Made by a program: the position numbers and the translations under genes | Virus record (IMG/VR): IMGVR_UViG_3300030041_000010 | DNA: 64,000 nt | Source: a virus | Strand: one strand, 5' to 3' | In this document: positions 15,317 to 24,960 of the stretch, in pieces | Position numbering within the stretch: position 1 is the stretch's first letter | How the letters are laid out: each line of letters opens with the position of its first letter | The notes under the pieces: model-generated | What the model was told of the DNA's origin: nothing | The model's database searches: none | What the model saw: only the letters and a program-made list of their open reading frames with translations

Positions 15317-15706
15317 ATGAACACTAAATCGTCCCGCGAAGAGCGGTTTGCAGCTTGGACAGAGGAAATGATGAAGGCCGAGGCAACTGTCACGGCTGTG
15401 GTCAAAACGGTTGTAGACAAATACGACCCAGAACAGCTTTTGAAGATCGGTTGTCCTTCGGACGAGTATGATTCGGTATGTTCCATCATCGCGGGTGCGA
15501 TTGTGCGGGAGGGGATGCATCAAATAACAAAGCAGGAGTTGGGAAACCTTATTGCCTTTGCATGGCAATATGAGTTCGGTCCATGGACAACACCTGTTCG
15601 TTATTACTCCGTGTTTTACACGATAGCCGAGGAGATTCACCCGTTGATTCCAGAGTATGACCTAAGAATCAACTCTCAGGTTCAGACTCTTCCATCTCCA
15701 GAATAA
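15317..15706 (+). CDS. hypothetical protein
   Basis: ORF track; divergent from an AT-rich promoter region containing TTGACA at 15279. Confidence 0.7.
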   Translation: MNTKSSREERFAAWTEEMMKAEATVTAVVKTVVDKYDPEQLLKIGCPSDEYDSVCSIIAGAIVREGMHQITKQELGNLIAFAWQYEFGPWTTPVRYYSVFYTIAEEIHPLIPEYDLRINSQVQTLPSPE

Positions 15707-15911
15707 TCTCAGTTTCATCCAAGCGGAGTCTTAGATAATCCTCATTGCATTGTTTTGCAAGGACACCAACACCCTCCACCATACCAAATTCGTGTGCTGA
15801 GATAAGAACTTCTCCACCAAATCGGTGAACAAAAACTGCGAGAAGTTGAAGTAATACCTCTTCTCGCAGTTCCTGTGGATTGACAATCTCAAAGCCGGGG
15901 TCACTCATCAC
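15669..15911 (-). CDS. hypothetical protein
   Basis: ORF track; GAGG ribosome-binding site. Confidence 0.65.
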   Translation of the reverse strand: MMSDPGFEIVNPQELREEVLLQLLAVFVHRFGGEVLISAHEFGMVEGVGVLAKQCNEDYLRLRLDETEIILEMEESEPES

Positions 15912-15943
15912 GTAAACCTCTTGATGCTAAAGGGTCAGAAAGT

Positions 15944-16225
15944 TCAAGCGATGATTTTCTTAAGGCTACCTGCCGCCTGAGCTACACGGGCTGTCTCGCT
16001 TGGTGAAGCAACGATAAGGGGAGATATTTCAACCTCAACAAGAGCAATCTGATTACGTGGAAGAAGGGTGAATTTACCCCCCTCCTTCTTCAACATACCC
16101 ACTTGAGAATATTGACCCATCATCTGATTGATGGCTGCTTCAGCCGCGTCAGCAGGACATTTAATGTCCTGCTCAACCACGGAGCCATCAAGTTTGGTTA
16201 TAACGAAGTGTAGATTAGTTTCCAT
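15944..16225 (-). CDS. hypothetical protein
   Basis: ORF track; GAGGA ribosome-binding site. Confidence 0.7.
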   Translation of the reverse strand: METNLHFVITKLDGSVVEQDIKCPADAAEAAINQMMGQYSQVGMLKKEGGKFTLLPRNQIALVEVEISPLIVASPSETARVAQAAGSLKKIIA

Positions 16226-16256
16226 TCAATCCTCACTGGTTAATACTGGTTTTTAG

Positions 16257-18506
16257 TTAAACCAGTTCGCAAAACCCACCGGCACAGGCCAACGTCTCCT
16301 GAAGCTTGGTGTTGTCTTCCTCTTCGATGAGTTCCTTGTAGTCCACATCGACATACTCACGTTGAAGGTCACACCAATACTTCCAGTTGTGAACCTCCTT
16401 CAGGCAGTAGGTCATCTGCTTCCTGTCTCCCTCGAAATAGCGGTCAGCAAACTGACGAGCCCGACGAACCCAATCAGCTTTAGCCAAGCATTCCAGATAA
16501 GCCCTGCGGTCTTCGATAGTTTCGAAGTCAACATTCTCATCTGAAGTGGTAGCGATAGAATCACAATCCAAGGTGTTGACACCAGTAACGTAGTCACAAG
16601 CCAACCACAAGTTATCGTCAAACCGGGCAAGACCATCCACGATTAACCCTGATGCCATCAAAGAGCCGTCACCATACATCTTCACAATCTCAGCCGGGGT
16701 GTGAATAGCCACAAACGGAGCTTGTGGATAGTCAAGGTCTCCTGTGTTAGATAACAATGAAATACCAGCGAAATCCTCGCGGTGTCCATAGATGTATGCT
16801 TCCACCTCATCCCACTCGTTCGGCTTCACGTTGATCGTATTCGAAACGTTATGCCTCAAAAATGATTGAGCGCAGAGTTCATGATTACGCCCTGCGGCGA
16901 CCCAGTTGTTTTGCGTCAAACTGACAAGCTCCAGTAACTTAAGCGCGGTTACATCCTTCTTCGTTCTTGCCCCCTCAGGGACTTCAATACAAAAGGAAAT
17001 AATCTCGTCGGTACCATTTTTACTCCAGACACTTTTCTCAACCGCACGTGGGTTCCTCTGTTGAAAGAACTGAAGTGGGGCTTCAAGCATGTTGGCCTGT
17101 ACACGACGGATATAACGCTTCGAGTGGTGAGCGTGAATACCTGAAGAAGTCCCAAGGATGCAGGACGTGGTCCCGGCTGGCTTAACACATGTGCAACGGG
17201 CGGCTTGACGAATACCAATTTTGGCGGCTATCTCCTTGTTGACTGCGACCACAAGTGCTGCCATCTCCCGTTGAATCTCTGGATCAAACAAAACCTCAGG
17301 ACTGTCCATCATCCCTGTGATGGAAACACCTAGAAGAGCCTCACGACGCACAATATTCTCGGTGGTCACCCCAAGATATGAGAAGTCTGTGTAACCGGCC
17401 TGTGCAGTACCTATAATGGCAGCAGCACGAGCAGCAATAGCAAAGTCTTCCTTCGTCTTGCACTTCTTACCGTTAATCTCGCAAAGGTTGCAAAATGCCC
17501 ACCCCGACAGGCCAGTGGTAAGGTCAACTGGAAACATCCCAATCTCACCACACGGGTTGTACATTATCTCGGTGGAGTCCGACCAGACAAATCCCGGTTC
17601 ACCAAACTGACGTACCGACTCCATCAAATCATGAAAACTCTCCGGATTAGTAACACCTCGAACGAGCACGACTGAGTTGTTCGACCGACCACGCTGGGGG
17701 TTGGTGTAGTACCAATCTCCTGTTTTGGCCTTAATCATCAAATCATCGTTGGGTGAAAACAAACAGATGGTGGCAGAGCGACGAACCCCGCCGCTGAGCA
17801 CAGCATCACTGGCGTGCATCATGATGTCATAAGCATCAATCGAACGAAGACGAGTCTGACCACTTGCTACACAGCGGTCAAGCAGTTCCCGAATAGCTTC
17901 AAGAGATTTCATCAACGGTTCGGAGCCGGGAGCCTTACCTACACCTGAGGATAGTTTCGAACCCTTTGAACGAATAAGGTCGAAGTTGAATTTCACTTCA
18001 AACCCCGCCCAGTCAGGAGAATCAGGATGAGGATGGTATGTGGCTAAGAGCACACCCAGAGCATCAGCCCAACCCTCAATGGAGTCAGGAATAACAAACT
18101 CACGAATAGGACGATTTACAAGGTTGGAATGGAAGTCAGGAAGTTTAGCGATATGGTGTTGCTGAACAGAGAAACCCACACCGGCTCCACAGAGAAGCAA
18201 CCAAAAACCTTCTTGAAAAAACCGAAGCCGGTCACAATAAGAAACGGTGCAGTTATACACACGGGCGTGTTTACTGAGGGCTGGTGCTCCGGCGTATTGA
18301 AGTGCTCGTTGACTCCCAAGTACACGCTTTGCCTTGGATTGTTCAAAAGCCCAAGTTAGTTCATCAGTGATTTGGGGGTAGCGGGATAGGTGCATTTCTA
18401 GCACCCGGTCGATGGCTTCATTCCATGTATCTCTACGCTTCAAGTCAGAGTTGTAACGAGCGTATTTGGAATGAAAAGTGTAAGACTGAAGAGCCTTGAT
18501 AGACAT
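16257..18506 (-). CDS. nrdJ: class II (adenosylcobalamin-dependent) ribonucleotide reductase
   Basis: YNC, GGVRRSA, NPCGEI thiyl-radical motif, CNLCEIN, VKPAGT, C-terminal CAGGFC redox pair; no beta-subunit gene nearby. Confidence 0.9.
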   Translation of the reverse strand: MSIKALQSYTFHSKYARYNSDLKRRDTWNEAIDRVLEMHLSRYPQITDELTWAFEQSKAKRVLGSQRALQYAGAPALSKHARVYNCTVSYCDRLRFFQEGFWLLLCGAGVGFSVQQHHIAKLPDFHSNLVNRPIREFVIPDSIEGWADALGVLLATYHPHPDSPDWAGFEVKFNFDLIRSKGSKLSSGVGKAPGSEPLMKSLEAIRELLDRCVASGQTRLRSIDAYDIMMHASDAVLSGGVRRSATICLFSPNDDLMIKAKTGDWYYTNPQRGRSNNSVVLVRGVTNPESFHDLMESVRQFGEPGFVWSDSTEIMYNPCGEIGMFPVDLTTGLSGWAFCNLCEINGKKCKTKEDFAIAARAAAIIGTAQAGYTDFSYLGVTTENIVRREALLGVSITGMMDSPEVLFDPEIQREMAALVVAVNKEIAAKIGIRQAARCTCVKPAGTTSCILGTSSGIHAHHSKRYIRRVQANMLEAPLQFFQQRNPRAVEKSVWSKNGTDEIISFCIEVPEGARTKKDVTALKLLELVSLTQNNWVAAGRNHELCAQSFLRHNVSNTINVKPNEWDEVEAYIYGHREDFAGISLLSNTGDLDYPQAPFVAIHTPAEIVKMYGDGSLMASGLIVDGLARFDDNLWLACDYVTGVNTLDCDSIATTSDENVDFETIEDRRAYLECLAKADWVRRARQFADRYFEGDRKQMTYCLKEVHNWKYWCDLQREYVDVDYKELIEEEDNTKLQETLACAGGFCELV

Positions 18507-18726
18507 AGGTATGCGATGATTTCCTTAAAGGTTGAATGTCGGATTGTTTACCGCGACGTGGTGCGTAATTAGGGTTTGGAATTGAAGGACTCCACTTACT
18601 GGCGATTTCCTCTCATTATCCGATTTCGCAGTAAGACTGGAGTTTTGTACTCTATGCTTCACGGCTTAAATGGCTACTTTTCTCAATACCACTGATGTTT
18701 CTATTTTGTATAGAAAATCGAGGGTC

Positions 18727-19734
18727 TTACTCGATAGCTTTACAGTTGATACCCACACAGTTGTCCACAATTCGACGCCACACTGGCTCCCCCGTATTGT
18801 TGATAGCTTGGTTGTCGGTTTTGCACAGCCACGCTTGAAAACTTTCCTTGCTGCGGTGGTTGGTAGTTATTACAATTTGACCCTCAGTTTCATCAATTGC
18901 ACAAATCAACTCAAACAGCTTGTTGGCTTTGAACTCTGTCAACCGGGATTTATCAATTTCCTCAATGACAACGCAAGAAGTTCGACCGAGTTGCTTGTTT
19001 TTCCGAATACGGTTGGGTGAAAGAGTGGGGGCATCTGCATCATCAGGGTGGTTCTGATAATCCAGCAGTGATTGAATGTATGTATCCCAGTTGATGTAAT
19101 GAATCCAGAATGAATCAACATAAGTGTTGAACCCATACCTATCTTCGAGATGGTCATTCCAAGTGCGCTCCAATGCACTTCTAACCAAGGCGGTAGCGTA
19201 GGTAGTCTTTCCCGTGCCGGGAGCACCATAGAAAAAGTAACCCTTGTTCTGGTTGTCCCTCAAAAAGCGAATGATCCTCACTTGACGTTCTCTACTCATT
19301 TTGGAGTTGGAAGATGGCAGCAGTGATAACACGTTGGATTGCTGATACCGGCTAGGCAGAAGCCGTTTCAGGTAGTCTCTCTTCTCCTTCATCTTGACTT
19401 CGATAGGGCAGGGTTTATTTACAGTTTGGCGTCTTCCCGTGTCTTCTCCACCTTCAATCCATGTCTGAACCACAGGTATTTTACCCGTCCCTTTACAAAG
19501 GAAACACGGTTCTATGCCGAACATGATAGCATCGTAAGTTTTAGCAGAGATAGGATTATCAGGGTGATAAGGGCTCTCTACAGTGCGCCAGTAGGGGGCA
19601 GGAGGGTTGGGCTTGAAAGTACCCTGCTCCATCTCTTCGCGGATGCGTTCCAGTTCATCCTCGGCGTCTATCTTATCCTCTCGAAAAACATCTTCAAAAT
19701 CGAGACCCTCATGGGGCTTAACTTCTTCAGTCAT
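18727..19734 (-). CDS. DnaC/IstB-like AAA+ ATPase (helicase loader)
   Basis: N-terminal CxxCxGxG zinc region, Walker A GAPGTGKT, Walker B VVIEEID, ITTN sensor, WRRI. Confidence 0.82.
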   Translation of the reverse strand: MTEEVKPHEGLDFEDVFREDKIDAEDELERIREEMEQGTFKPNPPAPYWRTVESPYHPDNPISAKTYDAIMFGIEPCFLCKGTGKIPVVQTWIEGGEDTGRRQTVNKPCPIEVKMKEKRDYLKRLLPSRYQQSNVLSLLPSSNSKMSRERQVRIIRFLRDNQNKGYFFYGAPGTGKTTYATALVRSALERTWNDHLEDRYGFNTYVDSFWIHYINWDTYIQSLLDYQNHPDDADAPTLSPNRIRKNKQLGRTSCVVIEEIDKSRLTEFKANKLFELICAIDETEGQIVITTNHRSKESFQAWLCKTDNQAINNTGEPVWRRIVDNCVGINCKAIE

Positions 19735-19736
19735 GA

Positions 19737-20297
19737 CTAACCTTCCACCCTTTTTAATACCGCAGCGGCCTCAACATCTGAGGTAAATATGAAAAACTCG
19801 CAATCCCAAACAACTCCGGTGGATGCATGAAAGTAAGCCCCAAAATCAGCATAAGCACACAACCCTTTTTCGAAAAGAGAAGACACTCGGGCCTGACACG
19901 CCTTGTAATCAGCAGAGCCCACCATAAAACCATCGGCCTTTGTGTTACACCAGACATTAGCCGGGATGGACGAAACCCTTGTGTGTTTTTTGCCTTTCTG
20001 GTTAACCCTCCAAACTTTAATGAGACCAGAGGCGTGCTTAACTAAGGTCACCATCGGGTCATTGGCTTTCGCCAGATAATCCACGGAGGAGAATTTAGGA
20101 TTATCGGAGGTGTTCTCCGTTACAGCCCACGTCATGAACTCTTTGAGTTCAGTAGGAGTGAGGCTGTGCTCTTTAAGTAAAGGGCGGATATATTTCACCC
20201 AAGGCATTAGGTTTGTTACTCCCATTAGTTGCTTGAAGTGAACAACACAGTCGGTAGCTTCCGGGTCTTTAGGCAAGTTCGTCATCTTCTTCCTCAA
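19737..20297 (-). CDS. hypothetical protein in the replication module
   Basis: ORF track; probable start at MTNLPK. Confidence 0.65.
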   Translation of the reverse strand: MRKKMTNLPKDPEATDCVVHFKQLMGVTNLMPWVKYIRPLLKEHSLTPTELKEFMTWAVTENTSDNPKFSSVDYLAKANDPMVTLVKHASGLIKVWRVNQKGKKHTRVSSIPANVWCNTKADGFMVGSADYKACQARVSSLFEKGLCAYADFGAYFHASTGVVWDCEFFIFTSDVEAAAVLKRVEG

Positions 20298-20826
20298 TAC
20301 TCAAATTACCTACCCTTTCCTGCTCAGTTTCGGTGAAGTTAGAATGTGATTCTAACTGTATATGTGACTGTGTATGTGTATGTATATGTGAAGGCATGGC
20401 TGGAGCATATGCTTGGACGATGCTCGTAGCAATGCTTGGAGCATCACCTGTAGCATCCTTACCCCATCTTGCTTTAGCGGCGTTTGATGCCTTCTCCGAC
20501 GCCTTCTTAGAGCGTACCTTCTCCTTATCCACTCGCTTCTGATGCCACATACCCTCCCCATCTTGTTGAAAATACTCATCAAGAATTGCACCAACCACTT
20601 TTTCGGCTCTATCATTCCACAGTTTAGCAATCCTAATCAGGGTTGAAATGTTGTTGGGTAAGCATCCTCTTTTCCAGCAGTGGAGCATAAGCAGTAGGTA
20701 TGCTCCACTGCTCTCCGCATCAAGGTGCATTGTGTCGGCCAGAAAATCGCCAATGTAAAACGGCATCCAGAAGTCTGCTGACTTATGCTCAGTAGCATCC
20801 GATTCGTTGGTAGTTTTCTTGCTCAT
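20269..20826 (-). CDS. DUF1376/YdaU-family replication initiator-like protein
   Basis: WMPFYIGDFLADTMHL...GAYLLLMLHCW...WHQKRVDKE...AKARW signature. Confidence 0.85.
   Translation of the reverse strand: MSKKTTNESDATEHKSADFWMPFYIGDFLADTMHLDAESSGAYLLLMLHCWKRGCLPNNISTLIRIAKLWNDRAEKVVGAILDEYFQQDGEGMWHQKRVDKEKVRSKKASEKASNAAKARWGKDATGDAPSIATSIVQAYAPAMPSHIHTHTQSHIQLESHSNFTETEQERVGNLSIEEEDDELA
20355..20458. repeat. iteron-like AGCAT/ATGCT repeats plus a TGTATA tract (candidate origin)
   Basis: TGGAGCAT x2, TGCTTGGA x2, GTAGCA x2, next to an alternating TGTATATGTG...TGTATATGTG tract inside the initiator gene. Confidence 0.5.
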
Positions 20827-22367
20827 ATTCCAAGCTCTTCCTCAGTGAAATTCCCGAGTGTCTCGGGGGATTTATTGTCGCCAACCTGTTTAGTAACTCC
20901 GTCCTTCATATATTCAAACGCCCCGCTATTTGGGTTGAGCATCATTTTGATTGTGGGGGCGCGACGACCCTTACGTTGCTTAATCTGTTGAATTTCAATC
21001 TGGTCCCCCATTTTCATGTCGTCATCCGACCAGACAGAAAGACACAGGTCAAGATCATGTTGGAACTCAGAGACGGTAGAGATGGCATTCAAATCGTAAC
21101 GAGCCTCCCCTTCCTCAGCCTTCTGAGCCTTCTTGTTGCCTTCACGGTTGACTTGAATAGGGGTAAGTACAACGAGCCCTTTGTTGCTATCAAACGAACG
21201 GGTAAGTCCTTGTACATCATGCACAAGCTTCTTTTGTGCTTGTTCACGGAATCGAGCATCACCCGGAGTATCCAAACGACCTATATAGTCAATGATGAGG
21301 ATGTCATACTGGTTAGCTTTGTGGTTTTGATTGAGATGGTCAACAATACTATCCCAGTCGCGGAACTGCTGACAATCGAGGAGTCCCGGTAAATTCTTCC
21401 GAGTCTCAATGTCTTTCAATATCCGACTCAGGTTGGCTAAGTCTTGCGGTGTAATTTTGCTTTTTTCTCCATCCCAGTCATTTAGGGGTGGTAACTCAAA
21501 GTCATAATCAGGATGCGATTGGTGAAGGAACGCCATGAACTCCCAAATTTCTTGGGGGTTATGCTCTGTCGAGCAGTAAAGAATGTGCGCTCCCTGCTTG
21601 AGCCAGTTGTAGCAGATGAAGTTTGTCAGTGTGGTTTTACCATCACCTGACATACCCAATGCGGCAAGGAACCTCAAATTCTGCTTGCCTACCTTAACGC
21701 ACTCATCTATATGTGGGAGGCCAATAGGGAATCGGTCACCTTTATTTTCCTTCAGCCGGTCAACCACTCCCTCGCGAATAGTTTGTGTCTTCTCATGGAG
21801 AATACCTGCGGGTGCGGGTATCTCAGGGGTGAAGTCTTGGGCAAGCTGTCCACGCAGCCATGAGATGGCAGCATCTGGTCCTGACTCTTTTAACTTGTCA
21901 GGGGTCTCATTACCATTGGCAATCCCACCAGCCACTTTACATTGATTTGCAATCCATCTTTTTCGGGCGGTTGCAAGTAAGGTATCAAACAATAGGTTAT
22001 TATCCAGAGTAAGGTCTTCACTCTCTGACGTATATTCGGCCAACTGGGTTATGTTATCGTTGAGCCCCTCAATTTGTTTGAACTCTTTTATCTGGTCTGT
22101 GTTGTGGGTTACGTAATAGAGTAGAGCGCCTACACTTCCCGGAGAACGTTGCCGCTTCTGATAGTGTAGTATAACTGCTCGAAATGTAGGAAGGTTTACA
22201 GTCTCATCCCTATCACCATCTACCCAACGTCGGGCTATCCATAGAAAGGCCGACTTATTTTGCAGGTAAAAGGAGTATAGGTCTTTGGTGCAGAGACGAT
22301 ACACCATCTCAGTGAGGTAGGCTGGCATTGTTAATCCCCATTCATAGTCTCTCTTCCCCATCTTCAT
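20823..22367 (-). CDS. DnaB-like replicative helicase
   Basis: FPIG, Walker A GMSGDGKT, STE, IIDYI, PIQVNREG, KQRKG motifs. Confidence 0.85.
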   Translation of the reverse strand: MKMGKRDYEWGLTMPAYLTEMVYRLCTKDLYSFYLQNKSAFLWIARRWVDGDRDETVNLPTFRAVILHYQKRQRSPGSVGALLYYVTHNTDQIKEFKQIEGLNDNITQLAEYTSESEDLTLDNNLLFDTLLATARKRWIANQCKVAGGIANGNETPDKLKESGPDAAISWLRGQLAQDFTPEIPAPAGILHEKTQTIREGVVDRLKENKGDRFPIGLPHIDECVKVGKQNLRFLAALGMSGDGKTTLTNFICYNWLKQGAHILYCSTEHNPQEIWEFMAFLHQSHPDYDFELPPLNDWDGEKSKITPQDLANLSRILKDIETRKNLPGLLDCQQFRDWDSIVDHLNQNHKANQYDILIIDYIGRLDTPGDARFREQAQKKLVHDVQGLTRSFDSNKGLVVLTPIQVNREGNKKAQKAEEGEARYDLNAISTVSEFQHDLDLCLSVWSDDDMKMGDQIEIQQIKQRKGRRAPTIKMMLNPNSGAFEYMKDGVTKQVGDNKSPETLGNFTEEELGI

Positions 22368-22506
22368 TGAAAAGAGAGGTAGGCAGTGATGGGGTAGCTG
22401 CCTACCATAGTGTTACGTCGGGGTGTACGTGCCCGAATAACCCTTAATACTCGGTTCGTGCGGTGACAGCGATTTTAGAGAAAGCGGCTTTTCGTTCATT
22501 CGATGT

Positions 22507-23010
22507 ATGGAACAGTTAGAACAGGTTGAAGTTAAGCTTCTAAACTATACCTTTCAGTTCAAAAAAATGAGATGGCGTGAGCACGCCGCCATTAAGTTTG
22601 AGAAGGGTAAAGACCCCCAGCGAATTCTGTTGGCTCACGCTTTGTTGACGGTCTCCGGGATTAAGCCTAGTTTTGAAGAAGCTATGCGTGTGATGGCAGC
22701 AATCCCGGCTCCTTACGTGGACCGAGTGTTCAAGGTTTGGCGGAGCTCTTTCCCTCCGGCCCGGAAGTTTACTACATCCATGTTGTATTGTGCCCCGGAG
22801 CCTGTTCAATATAGTAAACAGGTTGAATTGGATGAGGGTGAAGAGGATGTGGTTCATGATAGGTCGATGCAAGAGATGGAGTCTAAGTTTGGGTCTCAGG
22901 AGTTAGCTGAGACCCGTGAGTTAGAACAGAGAATCCTACTCGCCGCCCAACGTAAAGAGGGTGGTTACCGTGGGGCAGTTAGAGCCACCGAGGATAAGAA
23001 TGGTAAGTAA
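22507..23010 (+). CDS. putative tail assembly chaperone
   Basis: Position at the start of the tail module upstream of the tape measure; function inferred from context. Confidence 0.4.
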   Translation: MEQLEQVEVKLLNYTFQFKKMRWREHAAIKFEKGKDPQRILLAHALLTVSGIKPSFEEAMRVMAAIPAPYVDRVFKVWRSSFPPARKFTTSMLYCAPEPVQYSKQVELDEGEEDVVHDRSMQEMESKFGSQELAETRELEQRILLAAQRKEGGYRGAVRATEDKNGK

Positions 23011-24100
23011 AAACCAACTCAGGAATGCAGCTAAGCAAAACCCCAACATCCCATCGGGTGTAGACCTGATGCGGAAAATCAATGAGGGGGTGTCTCAGAA
23101 GACTCCTAGTGAATACATCCAGACCGTCCGCACCTCTATTGTTGATAACTGTGATGAGCTTCTTGAGGTAGGAGCCCGTATCCGGCCTATGTTGGTTGAA
23201 GGTAAGCAGATTGGGTGGGTAAGAGGTATTCATCATACAGAACGTCGTAGGTTGTCCCGATGGTTGTTCGATTCAAACGAGTATCTCGTGACAGTTCTTA
23301 CTCTGGCTACAACTCTTACTCGACCAGAGATAGAGGATTTAAGCCCATTGGAGTTCCGCAATCTGATTATGTTAGTTCAGAAAATGTCTGATTACGACAT
23401 TTCTCTTTTCCCCTATATATCAGCGTTCACCAGTACATTTGTCTCCGAGAACCTGTGGCATGGTCAAGGAACACGTCTTACATCGTTTGAGAATCGAGTT
23501 ATTGACCTCCCTGATGGGAACACTATGAAGATTCTAGTGCCTTCGGATCACGCTCGACTGTGGGCTTCTTTGTGTGTCTACCGGGAGCAAGCAAAGGTGC
23601 GATTGGATGCAAGCTGGAACGCCGTCTTGCAGGTTCGTCCTATGGCAGGAAAGAGTGTAGACCCCTTGGCGGCAGAGTTGAAAAAGACATCCCGGCAGCT
23701 TGCCGCGAATAGTATGGAACCATGGGAGAGCCTTGTCAAATCCCACGAGGCTACTGACCTCGATGATGGCTGGGCTCACGCGGAAAACTTGGAGACCCGT
23801 GAAGGTATGCTCAAGGAACTCCATGGTATGTTGGCGAACGACCGTCATGAGCAGCTTATGGCGAAGTTCGAGAAGCAGCAAATTGACGCAGCCGAGGAGC
23901 GTAGGAAGGCGATTGAAGCCATGTCTCGTCGTCGCGGTGGTCCGGGTATCAATGAAGAGACCATCCGGGTGGAGACAGATGCTGATGTACGTCAAAGGGA
24001 GAAAGACCTTAAAAAAGGTAGAATGGCTCCGGCTCCAATTGACCGCAGTAAGACGGAGACCACACCCAATCCGGTGGAGAGAATAAAGCGGTATCAGTGA
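23000..24100 (+). CDS. hypothetical protein (tail module)
   Basis: ATG at 23000 after GAGGA; overlaps the upstream gene. Confidence 0.7.
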   Translation: MVSKNQLRNAAKQNPNIPSGVDLMRKINEGVSQKTPSEYIQTVRTSIVDNCDELLEVGARIRPMLVEGKQIGWVRGIHHTERRRLSRWLFDSNEYLVTVLTLATTLTRPEIEDLSPLEFRNLIMLVQKMSDYDISLFPYISAFTSTFVSENLWHGQGTRLTSFENRVIDLPDGNTMKILVPSDHARLWASLCVYREQAKVRLDASWNAVLQVRPMAGKSVDPLAAELKKTSRQLAANSMEPWESLVKSHEATDLDDGWAHAENLETREGMLKELHGMLANDRHEQLMAKFEKQQIDAAEERRKAIEAMSRRRGGPGINEETIRVETDADVRQREKDLKKGRMAPAPIDRSKTETTPNPVERIKRYQ

Positions 24101-24146
24101 TTTTTATTTTAAGGACTTGAGGAACCTCAAGGTAGAGGAGTGATTT

Positions 24147-24347
24147 ATGAAAATCAACACCACACGTTCGGTATCAAATGGCTTCGAGTTAGACCGGGAC
24201 GACTCGATTCCCGGCCTACTCAAAGAACTTGATGCCTTCATTCATAATCCCGACGAGCATGAGCGGGTTATGGCCGCATTTGACCAACAACACTGCAAAA
24301 AGTACAGCGAGACTACAACCGCGACGGCCAAGGTCGAGGCCATTTGA
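24147..24347 (+). CDS. hypothetical protein
   Basis: GAGGAG ribosome-binding site; LDAFIHNPDEHERVMAAFDQQ resembles the NDRHEQLMAKFEKQQ segment of the upstream protein. Confidence 0.6.
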   Translation: MKINTTRSVSNGFELDRDDSIPGLLKELDAFIHNPDEHERVMAAFDQQHCKKYSETTTATAKVEAI

Positions 24348-24891
24348 GGTAATCATGACCATAACGTTCAATCATATAACCCCTCACGTCTCTATCCATC
24401 GTGTCATATTGATGGGTACAAACTTCAAGATTTGCTTGGTTGAATTGCTCTTGAATGCTTAATCGTTTTGGCTTGGGTTCCTTCGGTGGGTCAAATAAAC
24501 GATGGCGGATATACCGTTGCAGGATGCCGACGATGAGGAAGGCGAAGAGCAGGGAGACATCCCCTTCCTTAGACATGTTCTTTATGATGAAATCGCCTTC
24601 GGCTGCGGCAATCACAATGGATATAATCCCACCGAAAACGGTGTACAAGGGAGCATAAAAGAAGGTGAAAATCGCGAGGACCGTAAAAGTCGGAACGAGG
24701 ATTGAGGCCAGTGACAAGGGCTCCCCATTGCACAACTGGATTATTGGGTAGATAAGACCGAGGGTGACAACGAGGACAAGAAAAAGGACACCCTTAACAC
24801 CATCAATAACAAATTGAACAGGGGTCAACACCGTGTTCATGGTTTCGTAGTACGCATTTTGTGGGTTTTGGTTTTCCATGGACTCCTCCAC
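24313..24891 (-). CDS. membrane protein (about 4 transmembrane segments), inserted antisense with its own promoter
   Basis: Hydrophobic stretches; GGAGGAG before MENQN; promoter at 24896-24936. Confidence 0.7.
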   Translation of the reverse strand: MEESMENQNPQNAYYETMNTVLTPVQFVIDGVKGVLFLVLVVTLGLIYPIIQLCNGEPLSLASILVPTFTVLAIFTFFYAPLYTVFGGIISIVIAAAEGDFIIKNMSKEGDVSLLFAFLIVGILQRYIRHRLFDPPKEPKPKRLSIQEQFNQANLEVCTHQYDTMDRDVRGYMIERYGHDYLKWPRPWPSRL

Positions 24892-24895
24892 TCAC

Positions 24896-24936
24896 AGTAT
24901 ACCAACAACACATAAGTTTTAGCTAGTTTTTAGGAA
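24896..24936 (-). promoter_or_regulatory. putative phage promoter, copy 2
   Basis: Identical 22-mer plus N13 plus TATACT as at 3541-3581. Confidence 0.7.
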
Positions 24937-24960
24937 CTATTTCATCTAATAGGAGCTTTT

